33,003 nucleotides of DNA from Solirubrobacteraceae bacterium (GCA_044240185.1 JBIHZY010000001.1:1-33003); one strand, 5' to 3'. Positions 8,253 to 17,796 are shown, counted from the first letter of the stretch. Program-made: numbers and translations. Notes: generated from the letters alone by a model not told the origin.

Positions 8253-9407
8253 ATGCGCCGTCTTGTAATCCTTGGCTCAACTGGCTCGATCGGCGTGCAG
8301 GCGCTCGATGTCGTCGCAACCACTACCGGGCTCGAGCCGGTTGCGCTTTCGGCCGACCGCAACTGGGAGCTGCTCGTTGCGCAAGCGGAGGCGCTGAATG
8401 TCAGGCGAATTGCGATCGCCGACCCGCAGAGCGCGGAGGAGGCGCGTTCTGCTTGGGACGGCGAGGTTCTGAGCGGCCCTGAATCGCTCTCTCAGTTGAT
8501 TGCTGGCGCCGACGCTGACCTTGTCTTGAACGCAATCGTCGGCTCGGCTGGGTTAGCGGCAACCGTCGTCACGCTGAGTGAAGGCATTGACCTTGCTCTC
8601 GCAAACAAGGAATCGCTCGTCGTTGGTGGTGAGCTCGTGATCGAACTGGCGGCCGCAACCGGCGCGCGTCTGATTCCGGTCGACTCAGAGCATTCCGCGC
8701 TCTATCAGCTAATAGCGAGCGAACAGGGGCAAGCCCCGGGAACGATTGAACGGCTCACGCTAACCGCCTCGGGCGGGCCGTTTCGAGGGCGCAGTCGCAG
8801 CGAACTCGAGTCGGTGACGGTCGCAGAGGCGCTAAACCACCCAACCTGGCAGATGGGCGGAAAGATCTCGATCGATTCAGCGACGCTTATGAACAAGGGT
8901 CTCGAGGTGATTGAAGCGCACCAACTATTCGGCACCCGATACGACGCGATCGACGTCGTAGTTCACCCTCAGTCGATTATCCACTCGATGATTTCGCTCG
9001 CTGACGGCTCGTCTCTCGCGCACCTCGGTTATCCCGACATGAAGGTGCCGATCGCCTACGCTCTCCACTGGCCAGAGCGCGCCAGCTTGGGCCTGCAGCA
9101 GCTCGACCTCGTTCAACTCGGCGCGCTGACCTTCGAGCCGGTTGATCACGAAGCCTTTCCTTGTCTGGCGCTCGCAATCGCGGCCGGCAAGCAGGGCGGC
9201 ACTGCGCCATGTGTGTTGAACGCGGCCAACGAGGTCGCTGTCGCGGCCTTCCTTGATCAGCGCTGCAGCTTCCTCGACATTGCGTCCACGATAGAAACGA
9301 CTCTCGCCGCGGCCACGATCGAACAGAGCTACTCATTCGAAACGCTGATCGAGGCCGACAGAGAAGCCAGAGCTAGAGCCACCGAGCTTCTAGCGGCGCT
9401 GACCTAG
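8253..9407 (+). CDS. dxr: 1-deoxy-D-xylulose-5-phosphate reductoisomerase
   Basis: ILGSTGSIG NADPH motif, LANKESLV, DSEHSA and NHPTW.MG.KI(S/T)IDSATLMNKGLE. The ORF track opens at TTG 8247. ATG 8253 (MRRLVILGSTGSIG) is the more likely start. Confidence 0.9.
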   Translation: MRRLVILGSTGSIGVQALDVVATTTGLEPVALSADRNWELLVAQAEALNVRRIAIADPQSAEEARSAWDGEVLSGPESLSQLIAGADADLVLNAIVGSAGLAATVVTLSEGIDLALANKESLVVGGELVIELAAATGARLIPVDSEHSALYQLIASEQGQAPGTIERLTLTASGGPFRGRSRSELESVTVAEALNHPTWQMGGKISIDSATLMNKGLEVIEAHQLFGTRYDAIDVVVHPQSIIHSMISLADGSSLAHLGYPDMKVPIAYALHWPERASLGLQQLDLVQLGALTFEPVDHEAFPCLALAIAAGKQGGTAPCVLNAANEVAVAAFLDQRCSFLDIASTIETTLAAATIEQSYSFETLIEADREARARATELLAALT

Positions 9408-9431
9408 CGAACTGCTCCTACACTCGTTGCG

Positions 9432-10508
9432 ATGAGTTATCTGCTCGCCTTTCTCGGCTTCTCGGCTCTAGTGATGCTTCACGAGCTCGGCCATTTCTGG
9501 GCGGCAAAGCGCGTTGGCATGAGGGTCGAACGCTTCTCACTCTTCTTCCCACCCCATATCTGGAAGAAGACGAAAGGTGAAACCGAATACTGCATCGGCG
9601 TGATCCCGCTTGGCGGCTACGTGCGGATCACGGGGATGAACCCGAACGAGGAGATCGCGCCCGAACTCCAGGCCCGCTCCTACTCGCGAATGGCGGTCAA
9701 CAAGCGCATCTTCGTGATTGCCGCCGGGCCACTGATGAACGTGCTGGTTGCCTTCGTGATCCTCTTCGCTCTCTTCCTCATCGTTGGGCTCAGCTCTCCT
9801 TCCAGCACGATCGACCAAGTTGAGCCGGGATCGCCTGCTGCCGGCGCGCTCGCTCCGGGAGACCGTCTGATCTCGGTTGATGGCCAGCAGGGCGACGCAG
9901 CGGCTCTCGGGGCAGCGATCTCGAGCCATCGCTGTGCCGGCACGCCGACCGATGGCTGCGCGGCAACGACTCCGGTCCGGGTTGTCGTCGAACGCGGCGG
10001 CCAGACGCAGACGCTGCTGCTTAGCCCGCGTTACGACCCCACTGCAAAAAAGACGCGGCTCGGATTTAACTTCGCAATCGCGCGCGAAACGCTCGGGCCA
10101 GTTGAGGCGGCCTCGCGCAGCGTTAGCGAGATGTGGCGCGTCAGTGACGCGACAATGAGCGCACTGTCGCGGCTCGTCTATGACCCAGAAGCGCGCAAGG
10201 AGATCTCAGGCGTGGTCGGTAGCTACGAGGTGACACGTCAATCGTTTGAATTTGACGTCGCTCAGGCGCTCAGTGTGCTGGCAATCATTTCGCTTTCGCT
10301 GGCGCTGATCAATTTGTTCCCTTTCCTGCCGCTGGATGGCGGACACATCTTCTGGGCCTTGGCAGAGAAGCTGAGGGGACGCCCGATCGCGTATTCGGTA
10401 ATGGAACGGGCGAGCGCGATCGGCTTCGTACTCGTGCTGATCCTGTTCGTGGTCGGGCTTTCGAACGATATCTCGCGTCTCACCGGCGACGGTTTCGCGC
10501 TGCGCTAA
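9432..10508 (+). CDS. rseP: Site-2 (RIP) zinc metalloprotease, M50 family, single PDZ domain
   Basis: HELGHFWAAK zinc motif in the first TM segment, a central PDZ-like segment (PGSPAAGALAPGDRLISVDG), and NLFPFLPLDGGHI near the C-terminus. Sits after dxr, as in many bacteria. Confidence 0.85.
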   Translation: MSYLLAFLGFSALVMLHELGHFWAAKRVGMRVERFSLFFPPHIWKKTKGETEYCIGVIPLGGYVRITGMNPNEEIAPELQARSYSRMAVNKRIFVIAAGPLMNVLVAFVILFALFLIVGLSSPSSTIDQVEPGSPAAGALAPGDRLISVDGQQGDAAALGAAISSHRCAGTPTDGCAATTPVRVVVERGGQTQTLLLSPRYDPTAKKTRLGFNFAIARETLGPVEAASRSVSEMWRVSDATMSALSRLVYDPEARKEISGVVGSYEVTRQSFEFDVAQALSVLAIISLSLALINLFPFLPLDGGHIFWALAEKLRGRPIAYSVMERASAIGFVLVLILFVVGLSNDISRLTGDGFALR

Positions 10509-10576
10509 TACCCAAAGCGACCGCGAAGTAGTAGTTTTTACCCAGCGTCCGGAGACCGAGAGAGAGGAAGCGCAAG

Positions 10577-12385
10577 ATGGCGAATGACCCCGTTGAGTAC
10601 GCCGCAATGGAGGCACCGACACTGGCCGCAGCGCTGCGGATCACGGCCGCTGAAAACGCCGACGAGACCTGGGTCAAGAACCGCGACGGTTCTGTTCTGA
10701 TCAAGTGGGGGGAAGGGCTAGAGCGGGTCGACAGGATTGCCGGTGGCCTGCGGAAGCTCGGCATCACAAAGGGCGACACGGTCGCGATGATGCTCGTCAA
10801 CAGGCCCGAGTTTCACGTCGTGGACTTCGCAGTGATGGTTGCCGGCGGCACGCCGTTCTCGGTCTATCAGACTTATACGCCTGCACAGATTGACTATCTG
10901 CTGGCCGATTCGGCGAGCAAGATCATCGTCACCGAACCGGCATACCTCGAAACCGTCCAAGCGGCCTGCGCAGCGCTAGATCTTCCACCGCAGATCATCC
11001 TCGTAGGGGGCCCTGCCGGCGGCGTGGACGGAACGACCTCGCTTGAGGAGGTCGAGCTGCTCGACGCCGATTTTGACGGCGCAAGCGCGACCAACGAGAT
11101 CGAGCCTGCGGACATTCTCACGCTGATCTACACAAGCGGAACGACCGGCCCACCGAAAGGCGTGCAACTAACGCACAACAACCTGATGTGCACCGTCCGC
11201 GGGACATCTGAGATCGTCAACTTCCCACGCCGCTCACGCGTCATTAGTTGGCTGCCTTCGGCCCACATCGCTGAGCGTGCAGCGCACCACTACATCCCAG
11301 CTGTTCTGGGCTTTGAAATTACCTCGGTCCCTGATCACAAGCTTCTGATGGAGGTCTTGCCGGAGGTTCGCCCGAACTGGTTCTTTGCAGTTCCGCGAAT
11401 TTGGGAGAAGCTCCGTGGAGGGCTAGAGAGCATGGTTTCCAATCAGCCCGATGAGCAGCGCGAACCGCTAGAGGCGGCACTCAGCGCCGCGATCGAGAAG
11501 GTTCGGCTCGAACAGGCCGGCAAAGCTGTGCCTGCTGAATTGGCCGCGACGGTCGCCGAAGCCGACGCGAAGTATTTTGCTGCGCTGCGGACGATGCTCG
11601 GGCTCGACCAGGTCGTGACGATCAACGTCGGCGCCGCACCGACGCCGGTTGAGGTGTTGGAGTTCTTCCACGCGATCGGCCTGCCGCTCGCTGAGCTTTG
11701 GGGAATGTCAGAGACCTGCGGTGGTGGCACCGTGAACCCACCCGGCAAGGTGCGGATCGGGACAGTCGGGCCTGCGACTCCTGGCGTCGAGTTGAAGCTC
11801 GCTGAGGACGGCGAGATCCTGATAAGGGGGCCGCTCGTGATGGAGGGCTACCGCAACATGCCCGACGAGACGGCAGCGACGATTGACGCTGACGGGTGGC
11901 TCGCGACCGGCGACATCGGCCAGTTCGACGAAGAGATGTACCTGAAGATCGTTGATCGCAAGAAGGAGCTGATCATCAACGCCGCTGGCAAGAACATGTC
12001 GCCCGCCAACATTGAGGCACAGATCAAGACCACTTCGCCATTGATCGATCAGGTTTGCTGCATCGGCGATGGCCGCCCTTACAACACTGCGCTGATCGCG
12101 CTTGACGCTGACTTCGCGCCGCAATGGGCCGCGAAGCAGGGGCTAGAGGACGTATCGATCGCGTCACTCGCCAGTAACCCCGAGCTGCTGGAGCTAATCC
12201 AGGTTGCTGTTGACGAAGGAAACTCGCACCTCGCCCGCGTTGAACAGATCAAGAAGTTCAAGCTTCTGCCTGCGGAATGGGAGCCAGGAGGCGACGAGCT
12301 GACTCCGACGATGAAGCTCAAGCGCAAGCCGATTGCAGCCAAGTACGCGGCTGAGATCGAAGCTCTCTACGCGCCGGCGACGTAG
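10577..12385 (+). CDS. fadD: Long-chain fatty-acid--CoA ligase (AMP-dependent synthetase family)
   Basis: AMP-binding motif LIYTSGTTGPPKGV, GWLATGDIG, and the C-terminal LTPTMKLKRK motif characteristic of FadD15/FACL-type ligases. SD GAGAGGAAG lies upstream. Confidence 0.85.
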   Translation: MANDPVEYAAMEAPTLAAALRITAAENADETWVKNRDGSVLIKWGEGLERVDRIAGGLRKLGITKGDTVAMMLVNRPEFHVVDFAVMVAGGTPFSVYQTYTPAQIDYLLADSASKIIVTEPAYLETVQAACAALDLPPQIILVGGPAGGVDGTTSLEEVELLDADFDGASATNEIEPADILTLIYTSGTTGPPKGVQLTHNNLMCTVRGTSEIVNFPRRSRVISWLPSAHIAERAAHHYIPAVLGFEITSVPDHKLLMEVLPEVRPNWFFAVPRIWEKLRGGLESMVSNQPDEQREPLEAALSAAIEKVRLEQAGKAVPAELAATVAEADAKYFAALRTMLGLDQVVTINVGAAPTPVEVLEFFHAIGLPLAELWGMSETCGGGTVNPPGKVRIGTVGPATPGVELKLAEDGEILIRGPLVMEGYRNMPDETAATIDADGWLATGDIGQFDEEMYLKIVDRKKELIINAAGKNMSPANIEAQIKTTSPLIDQVCCIGDGRPYNTALIALDADFAPQWAAKQGLEDVSIASLASNPELLELIQVAVDEGNSHLARVEQIKKFKLLPAEWEPGGDELTPTMKLKRKPIAAKYAAEIEALYAPAT

Positions 12386-13440
12386 GCGCTCGTCAGCTTC
12401 GAAGGCGCCGTTACGCCGAGCAGCGCGAGCGCGACCTCGAACTCGCGACGCAGCAGCTCCAACACGTGCTCTGCGCCGGCTTGGCCGCCGACGGTTAGAC
12501 CCCATAGCGGCGGACGCCCAACAAGGACAGCGGCGGCGCCAAGCGCTAGTGCGGCTGCGACGTCACTGCCGCGCCGGATCCCCCCGTCGACGAGCACCTC
12601 GACGCGGCCGCCGACCGCTTCGACTACCTCGCGCAGTACCTCCGCCGTCGGCGCGACATTGTCGAGCTGGCGACCACCGTGGTTCGAAACAATGAGTCCT
12701 GCGACTCCGTGGTCGCAGGCCAGGCGAGCATCCTCGCCGCAGTGAATCCCTTTGACGAGAACCGGCAATGGCGCTTGGTCAATGAACTCTTCGAGCTTAT
12801 TCCAAGTCAGAGTGGGGTCGACCATTGAGAAGAACTCCTCGACCGTCAGCCCAGCCGAACGGCCGAGAGCCGCGGTAACGCCAGGCATGTCGATCTCGTC
12901 AGGAACAACAAAGCCGCTCTGCTTATCGCGCTCCCGAATGCCTGCGTATGGCGCGTCAACGGTTACGACGATCGCAGTTGCGCCAGCGTCGACCGCCTGA
13001 TCCACGAGCGCGAAACTGACATCACGGTCGCGGCAAAGGTAGAGCTGCAGCCAACGGCGCCCCGCTGGCGCGGCGTCTGCAATCTCGGCCAAACTGGCGC
13101 TAGCAAGCGTTGAACAGACCATCAGCGTCCCCGCAACCTCTGCGGCGCGCGCCATCGCAAGTTCGCCATCGGCGTGAGCCATCTTCTGAAGCGCGGTCGG
13201 CGCGATCAGGATTGGCATAGACAGTTCCTCGCCGAGCACCGTCGCCGAAGTAGTTACCTCGCCAACGTCGACGCAAACCCGCGGTCGTAACTTGATCCGA
13301 CTCCATGCTGCGACGTTCTCTCTCAGAGTGTTCTCATCGCCAGAGCCGCCGTTGTAGTAGCCGCCCGGACCAGGTGCGAGCAGCTCGCTTGCGATTCGCT
13401 GATAGTCAGCGACGTTGGTTGGGGGAGTGGTGGCGGTCAT
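12367..13440 (-). CDS. FMN-dependent alpha-hydroxy-acid oxidase/dehydrogenase (glycolate oxidase / L-lactate dehydrogenase family)
   Basis: N-terminal pattern (ADYQRIA..L....Y.NGGSGDENTLRENVAAW..I.LRPRV), SNHGGRQLD and DGGIRRGSDV motifs. Substrate cannot be assigned from sequence. Confidence 0.8.
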   Translation of the reverse strand: MTATTPPTNVADYQRIASELLAPGPGGYYNGGSGDENTLRENVAAWSRIKLRPRVCVDVGEVTTSATVLGEELSMPILIAPTALQKMAHADGELAMARAAEVAGTLMVCSTLASASLAEIADAAPAGRRWLQLYLCRDRDVSFALVDQAVDAGATAIVVTVDAPYAGIRERDKQSGFVVPDEIDMPGVTAALGRSAGLTVEEFFSMVDPTLTWNKLEEFIDQAPLPVLVKGIHCGEDARLACDHGVAGLIVSNHGGRQLDNVAPTAEVLREVVEAVGGRVEVLVDGGIRRGSDVAAALALGAAAVLVGRPPLWGLTVGGQAGAEHVLELLRREFEVALALLGVTAPSKLTSAYVAGA

Positions 13441-13469
13441 CGGAGCGATAAGAGTATCTCTGCAACCAT
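13437..13469 (-). other. Candidate 10-codon upstream ORF (MVAEILLSLR*) translationally coupled to the oxidase gene
   Basis: Minus strand reads AAGGAG-aagcttca-ATGGTTGCAGAGATACTCTTATCGCTCCGATGA. There is a strong SD at 8-nt spacing, and the TGA stop shares bases with the ATG of the main ORF (ATGA). The main ORF has no SD of its own. Confidence 0.3.
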
Positions 13470-13497
13470 TGAAGCTTCTCCTTCGTACACTCTCTAG

Positions 13498-14781
13498 GTG
13501 GCCTCAGAGCGACAAATCAACGTAGGTGGCGTCTTGATTGGCGGCGGCGCTCCAGTCGCCGTGCAGACGATGACGAAGACGGAGACGGCCAACGTTGATG
13601 CCACGCTGGCACAGATCATCCGCTGCGCCGACGCTGGCGCCGACTTAATCAGGTGCGCAGTCCCGCGTGAAGGTGATGCCGAAGCGCTGAAGACGCTTGT
13701 TGCGCAGTCCCCGATTCCGATCATCGCCGACATCCACTTCAATCACACGCTGGCACTGAAAGCGATCGCAAATGGCGCCGCCTGTGTGCGTCTCAACCCT
13801 GGCAATATCGGCGGGCCAGAGAAGGTCGCTGAGGTCGTCACCGCTGCGGCAGCGGCCGCCGTGCCGCTCAGGATCGGCGTCAACTCCGGTTCGCTTCCCA
13901 AACACCTGATGGACCTTGAGTACAGCGACCCGGTTGAAGCGCTCGTAACTGCTGCGGTCGAGTTTGTTGACCTCATGGAGACGCTCGACTTCACCGACTT
14001 TAAAATCTCGATGAAGTCGACCAGCGTCCCGAACACGATCGCTTCCAACCGCAGGCTCTCTGAACGGATCCCTTACCCAATCCACCTCGGTGTGACCGAG
14101 GCGGGCACTCGCTGGACCGGCTCGCTGAAGTCAGCGGTGGGATTAGGGACGCTGCTAGCTGATGACATCGGCGACACGATCCGCATCTCGCTTTCAACCT
14201 TCCACGCAGAAGAAGAGGTCAAGGTCGCTTGGGAGATCCTAAAAGCGCTGAAGCTGCGCGAGCGGGGACCTGTGTTGATTGCGTGCCCGACCTGTGGCCG
14301 CCTCCAATTCGACATGGATTCCGTTGTGATCGAGATCGAAGAGCGGCTCGCCGCTTACCCCGATGCGATCGAGGTGTCAGTGCTTGGCTGCGCCGTCAAC
14401 GGCATCGGCGAGGCACGCCACGCTGACTTTGGCATCACCGGAGCGAAGGACGCAGGAATGATTTTCTCGAAGGGCGAGCCGCTGAAGAAGGTCCCGACCG
14501 ACCGTCTCGTTGACGAACTGTTCGCTGAGATTGATCGCTACTACGACTCTGGCAAGACCGTCGTACGCGACGAGGCGGCCGCAGCGGAAGCCGCAGAGTG
14601 GCTGGCCGAGAACGAGGACGCCGAGGCGATGACGCCGGAGCGACTGGCCGCGATGGAGGCCGCTGCCAGCGAGCAGTCTGGCGGCGGAGACGACGTTCTT
14701 GCAGCTGCTGGCGTGACGCCGAAGAAGGCAATCGACGAAGTCGCCTCGCCGATCGCCGGTCGCCGGTTTACCCGCGACTAG
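13498..14781 (+). CDS. ispG: 4-hydroxy-3-methylbut-2-enyl diphosphate synthase, with an acidic C-terminal extension
   Basis: VGGVLIGGGAPVAVQTMT, RIGVNSGSL, the CPTCGR Fe-S motif and GCAVNG. GTG 13498 is the only possible start because an in-frame TAG immediately precedes it. Confidence 0.9.
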   Translation: MASERQINVGGVLIGGGAPVAVQTMTKTETANVDATLAQIIRCADAGADLIRCAVPREGDAEALKTLVAQSPIPIIADIHFNHTLALKAIANGAACVRLNPGNIGGPEKVAEVVTAAAAAAVPLRIGVNSGSLPKHLMDLEYSDPVEALVTAAVEFVDLMETLDFTDFKISMKSTSVPNTIASNRRLSERIPYPIHLGVTEAGTRWTGSLKSAVGLGTLLADDIGDTIRISLSTFHAEEEVKVAWEILKALKLRERGPVLIACPTCGRLQFDMDSVVIEIEERLAAYPDAIEVSVLGCAVNGIGEARHADFGITGAKDAGMIFSKGEPLKKVPTDRLVDELFAEIDRYYDSGKTVVRDEAAAAEAAEWLAENEDAEAMTPERLAAMEAAASEQSGGGDDVLAAAGVTPKKAIDEVASPIAGRRFTRD

Positions 14782-14788
14782 CCTCGGT

Positions 14789-16309
14789 TCAGCGCGGCCG
14801 CACCGTGATCGCGTCGGAGTAGCGCTTGGTCTTGGTGCTCGTGCCAGCGTTCCATGAGTAACGGAATTGTGCTGTCGTGCCGAGCGGTAGGCGGGTCCGG
14901 AAGTAGCCCCTCTCATCGGTTTTGGCCTCTGCAACCTTGCGGTAGGCCCGACCGCCGATACGCCGCTCGATAGCCACCTGATGTGTGCCTCCGGGCCTCA
15001 CCTGGCCCCAGAGGCTGGCCGCTTTACTGCCGGAGTAAGACGTCGCGAAGAACGGGTTCGGGAAGCTCGCTGCTGCCGGTTTTGCGACACCGTCGAAGCT
15101 GTACAGACCACTCTGACTACCAGCGTAAGCATCGACGCCCTGACCGGTGTCGCGGAGCGGCTCGTCGCGCCATAGATATTGCGCGAGCAACTTGACGCGC
15201 GGTTGGCCATCGACGATCTTCGCGCCTTCCTGCAGCCAGCGACTCTGGTGTGCCAGCGTCACACCGCTGAAGACGTCAGGAGGATTCGTCTGATAGCCCC
15301 ACTCGGTGTAGTACAGATCAACCGGTGCGGCTTCGTCTTGCGCGTTGATCACTCCGCCCGTCAGCTGAATAGCGTCCAGCACACGGGTCAGTCGCGATGT
15401 GTCCGCGATCCCAGCCTCGAGCGTGTTGCGGAGCCGCTTTGCGGGAGCGCCGCCGCGTTGATCGGGGTGGTGGGCGAGACCGTCAATTTTGCTGGCTTCA
15501 AAGCTGTCGCAGCTCGCCGAGCTGCGGTCCGCGGCATCCTTGGCAGTGATGCATCCGAAGGCGCGCAGCCAGGCGACAGGCGTAACTGGGTCATCTGACT
15601 CGCGAGCGGAGCTACCGCGGCCCGCGAGCGCACCGGCGTAAACGGACGCGCCTGGGTCGCTGGCCCGGATCGACTGCGCGGCGGCGTTGAAGATCCCGCG
15701 ATAGATCTCAGGTGAACGCGGTGAGCACCCTGACTTCCCACAATACGATTGTGGCCGCAAGTTGTCAGCGCTATTGGGCTCGTACCAGATGATGTAGCGG
15801 CCTACTTGCGCGCCGTATCTGCGCGCCACGGCGATCGCGAAGTCGGCGAATAAGTCTGGCGCCGGCCGGTAGCGCGCGCTGCCACGCTCGGGGTCGCTAC
15901 TACTCCAGAGCGGACCTGGGCCGGTGACGGTTAGCAGCGGCTCGATTTTGTTTGCGCGCAACACGCTGATCACTCGATCGAGGTTGGTCCAGTTGTAGAG
16001 CGGCGAATTCGGGTCCGTGCCGTCGAACCCGGCCGGCCGCGAGCTTGACTCCTTCTCCGGGGCTATCTCACGCCAATCGGCTGTGACGGCCGCGATATCA
16101 ATCCCAGACGCTCGCCAACGTGGCGCGGTCGCCTCAAGTAGTCCGGCAACTTGCCCGGTGACAACCGGGTCCGAAATTCCGACGAGTGCGCGCACGCTAG
16201 CCGCAGTCGCAGTAGACGGCGGCGTTGCGCCGGCGCTGATCAGCACCACGGCGACGCAGAGCGTGACAGCCCAAACCGATGAACTCGGCTTCTGAACGCT
16301 GAAGGGCAC
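14789..16309 (-). CDS. Secreted clan-GH-A-like putative glycoside hydrolase, paralogue 1 (most divergent), with a C-terminal beta-rich domain
   Basis: GTG start 2 nt after the stop of paralogue 2, and a hydrophobic signal-like N-terminus. Motifs are colinear with paralogues 2 and 3: WREIAP, WYEPN, two Cys pairs, LAHHP, YYTEWGYQTNPPD, YLWRDEP, SFPNPFF, WGQVRPGG...GYFR. The CDS call is solid; the function is inferred. Confidence 0.6.
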   Translation of the reverse strand: MPFSVQKPSSSVWAVTLCVAVVLISAGATPPSTATAASVRALVGISDPVVTGQVAGLLEATAPRWRASGIDIAAVTADWREIAPEKESSSRPAGFDGTDPNSPLYNWTNLDRVISVLRANKIEPLLTVTGPGPLWSSSDPERGSARYRPAPDLFADFAIAVARRYGAQVGRYIIWYEPNSADNLRPQSYCGKSGCSPRSPEIYRGIFNAAAQSIRASDPGASVYAGALAGRGSSARESDDPVTPVAWLRAFGCITAKDAADRSSASCDSFEASKIDGLAHHPDQRGGAPAKRLRNTLEAGIADTSRLTRVLDAIQLTGGVINAQDEAAPVDLYYTEWGYQTNPPDVFSGVTLAHQSRWLQEGAKIVDGQPRVKLLAQYLWRDEPLRDTGQGVDAYAGSQSGLYSFDGVAKPAAASFPNPFFATSYSGSKAASLWGQVRPGGTHQVAIERRIGGRAYRKVAEAKTDERGYFRTRLPLGTTAQFRYSWNAGTSTKTKRYSDAITVRPR

Positions 16310-16311
16310 TG

Positions 16312-17796
16312 CTACCTGCTGCTCGGCGAGACCGTCCGCACCTCGGAGTTCACCGCTGGGCTGCCGTAGACGAACCGGAGCGAGCGTTTGCCATTGATCG
16401 TCGTCTGAAACGAGAAGTAGCCCTCTGCGCTGGGGGTGACGACCTTCAGCGTCTTGAACGCCTCGGTGCTGCCCGAGCGGATCTGCACTGTGACTATGCC
16501 GCTGTTAGCGGGCCGGACTTGGCCCCAGACGGTTGCGCTCTTCGATCCCTTCGGCAAGTCAACCCAGAACGGGTTCGGGAAGCTCTTCCCCGACGGCTTG
16601 ATCACACCGCTATCGGTGTACATGCCGGACTGCCAGGCCCAACTCTTGGCCTGCGTATAAGGCTCGTCCTGCCAAAGATAGAAGGCGAGCAGCTTCACCC
16701 GCGGGTTCTTCCACATCATGTACGAGACCTGTTGGTAGTACTCGGACTGCTTGGCCGGCGAGAGGCCCTGGAGTTTGTCTGGCGGGTTCGTTTGGACTCC
16801 GTACTCGTCAATAAAAACGTCGAGCCGCTTGTTTCTCTGGGCCGCTCCGGTAGCCGCACTGTTGAGAATCCGGCCGTTCGACTGCAGCCGGTCGAAGAGT
16901 CCCGTCAGCGTCGGTATGTTCGCCGTCGTGATTGCGTCGCCTGGGTCGCGCTCGGTCGGCGAAAGCATCACGGTGTGAGGATGGTGCGCGATGCCATCGG
17001 TGAGTAGTGGCTTGTAGCCGCTGCAGCCTGGGCTCGTCCTGTCGATCGCATAATCCGCCTTGACACAGGCCATTGCCTTGAAGAATGCGCTCGGCCCGGG
17101 CGATGAAGAGGTCGGTGAGACGCCTGGCCTGCCATGAGGGGCGAGCGCCCCGATCCATACCGAGGCTGCCGGATCAGCGGCCTTTACGGCGGTGTAGCCG
17201 CTGCGATAGAGATCGCGGTAGATCGCCGCTCCGGAAAGAGTGCAGCTCTTCGCCGAGCTCGAAGTGCACGAATACTGCGGCGTGATGTACTGCCAAAGGT
17301 TCGGCTCATTCATCGGCAGGTAGCTTTTGATGCGGCCTTTGTAGCGAGTCGCTATCGCGAACAAAAAGTCGCCAAGCTCTTTAGGATTGGGCTTGTATGT
17401 CTTGCTGCGCCGTGACGGCACTAGGGATGCCCAGTATGGGTTTGGGGCCGCGACCAAGATCGATACATCGATCTGGTTGGCCTCAAGCGCCGCGACCGCG
17501 CGATCGACGTCGCTCCACACGTATCCGGGGCTATTCGGGTCACGGGGATTGAAGCCAGCCGGGCGCTGCGTGCTCTCGGCGCCTGGAGCGATCCGCGTCC
17601 AGACCAGCGTTAGGCGGCCCTGACCAACGCCGTTCCGCTTCCAAAGCGCAGCGGTCGGATCGGTTGTTGCCACGCTGCGCTGCATTAGACCGTCGTCGTC
17701 GATTCCGATCTTCATCGTCGAGCTTGCACCGGCAGGTGCGGCAAAAACGAGCGCGAGCAGCGCTAAAAGCGCCGCAGTTGAGAATGGTCGAACCAT
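16312..17796 (-). CDS. Secreted clan-GH-A-like putative glycoside hydrolase, paralogue 2
   Basis: ATG 17796 gives a classic signal peptide (MVRPFSTAALLALLALVFAAPAGA). The track start at 17856 is a TTG. Motifs: VWTRIAP, MNEPNLWQ, C-x7-C, C-x13-C, IAHHPH, FIDEYGVQTNPPD, YLWQDEP, SFPNPFW, VWGQVRP...GYFSF. Confidence 0.6.
   Translation of the reverse strand: MVRPFSTAALLALLALVFAAPAGASSTMKIGIDDDGLMQRSVATTDPTAALWKRNGVGQGRLTLVWTRIAPGAESTQRPAGFNPRDPNSPGYVWSDVDRAVAALEANQIDVSILVAAPNPYWASLVPSRRSKTYKPNPKELGDFLFAIATRYKGRIKSYLPMNEPNLWQYITPQYSCTSSSAKSCTLSGAAIYRDLYRSGYTAVKAADPAASVWIGALAPHGRPGVSPTSSSPGPSAFFKAMACVKADYAIDRTSPGCSGYKPLLTDGIAHHPHTVMLSPTERDPGDAITTANIPTLTGLFDRLQSNGRILNSAATGAAQRNKRLDVFIDEYGVQTNPPDKLQGLSPAKQSEYYQQVSYMMWKNPRVKLLAFYLWQDEPYTQAKSWAWQSGMYTDSGVIKPSGKSFPNPFWVDLPKGSKSATVWGQVRPANSGIVTVQIRSGSTEAFKTLKVVTPSAEGYFSFQTTINGKRSLRFVYGSPAVNSEVRTVSPSSR

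Noticed and set aside
12333-12695. 120-aa Arg-rich plus-strand ORF, and similar ORFs, inside the oxidase gene
   Set aside because: It is antisense to a well-supported FMN-oxidase gene. The extreme Arg/Ala composition is a GC-frame artefact.
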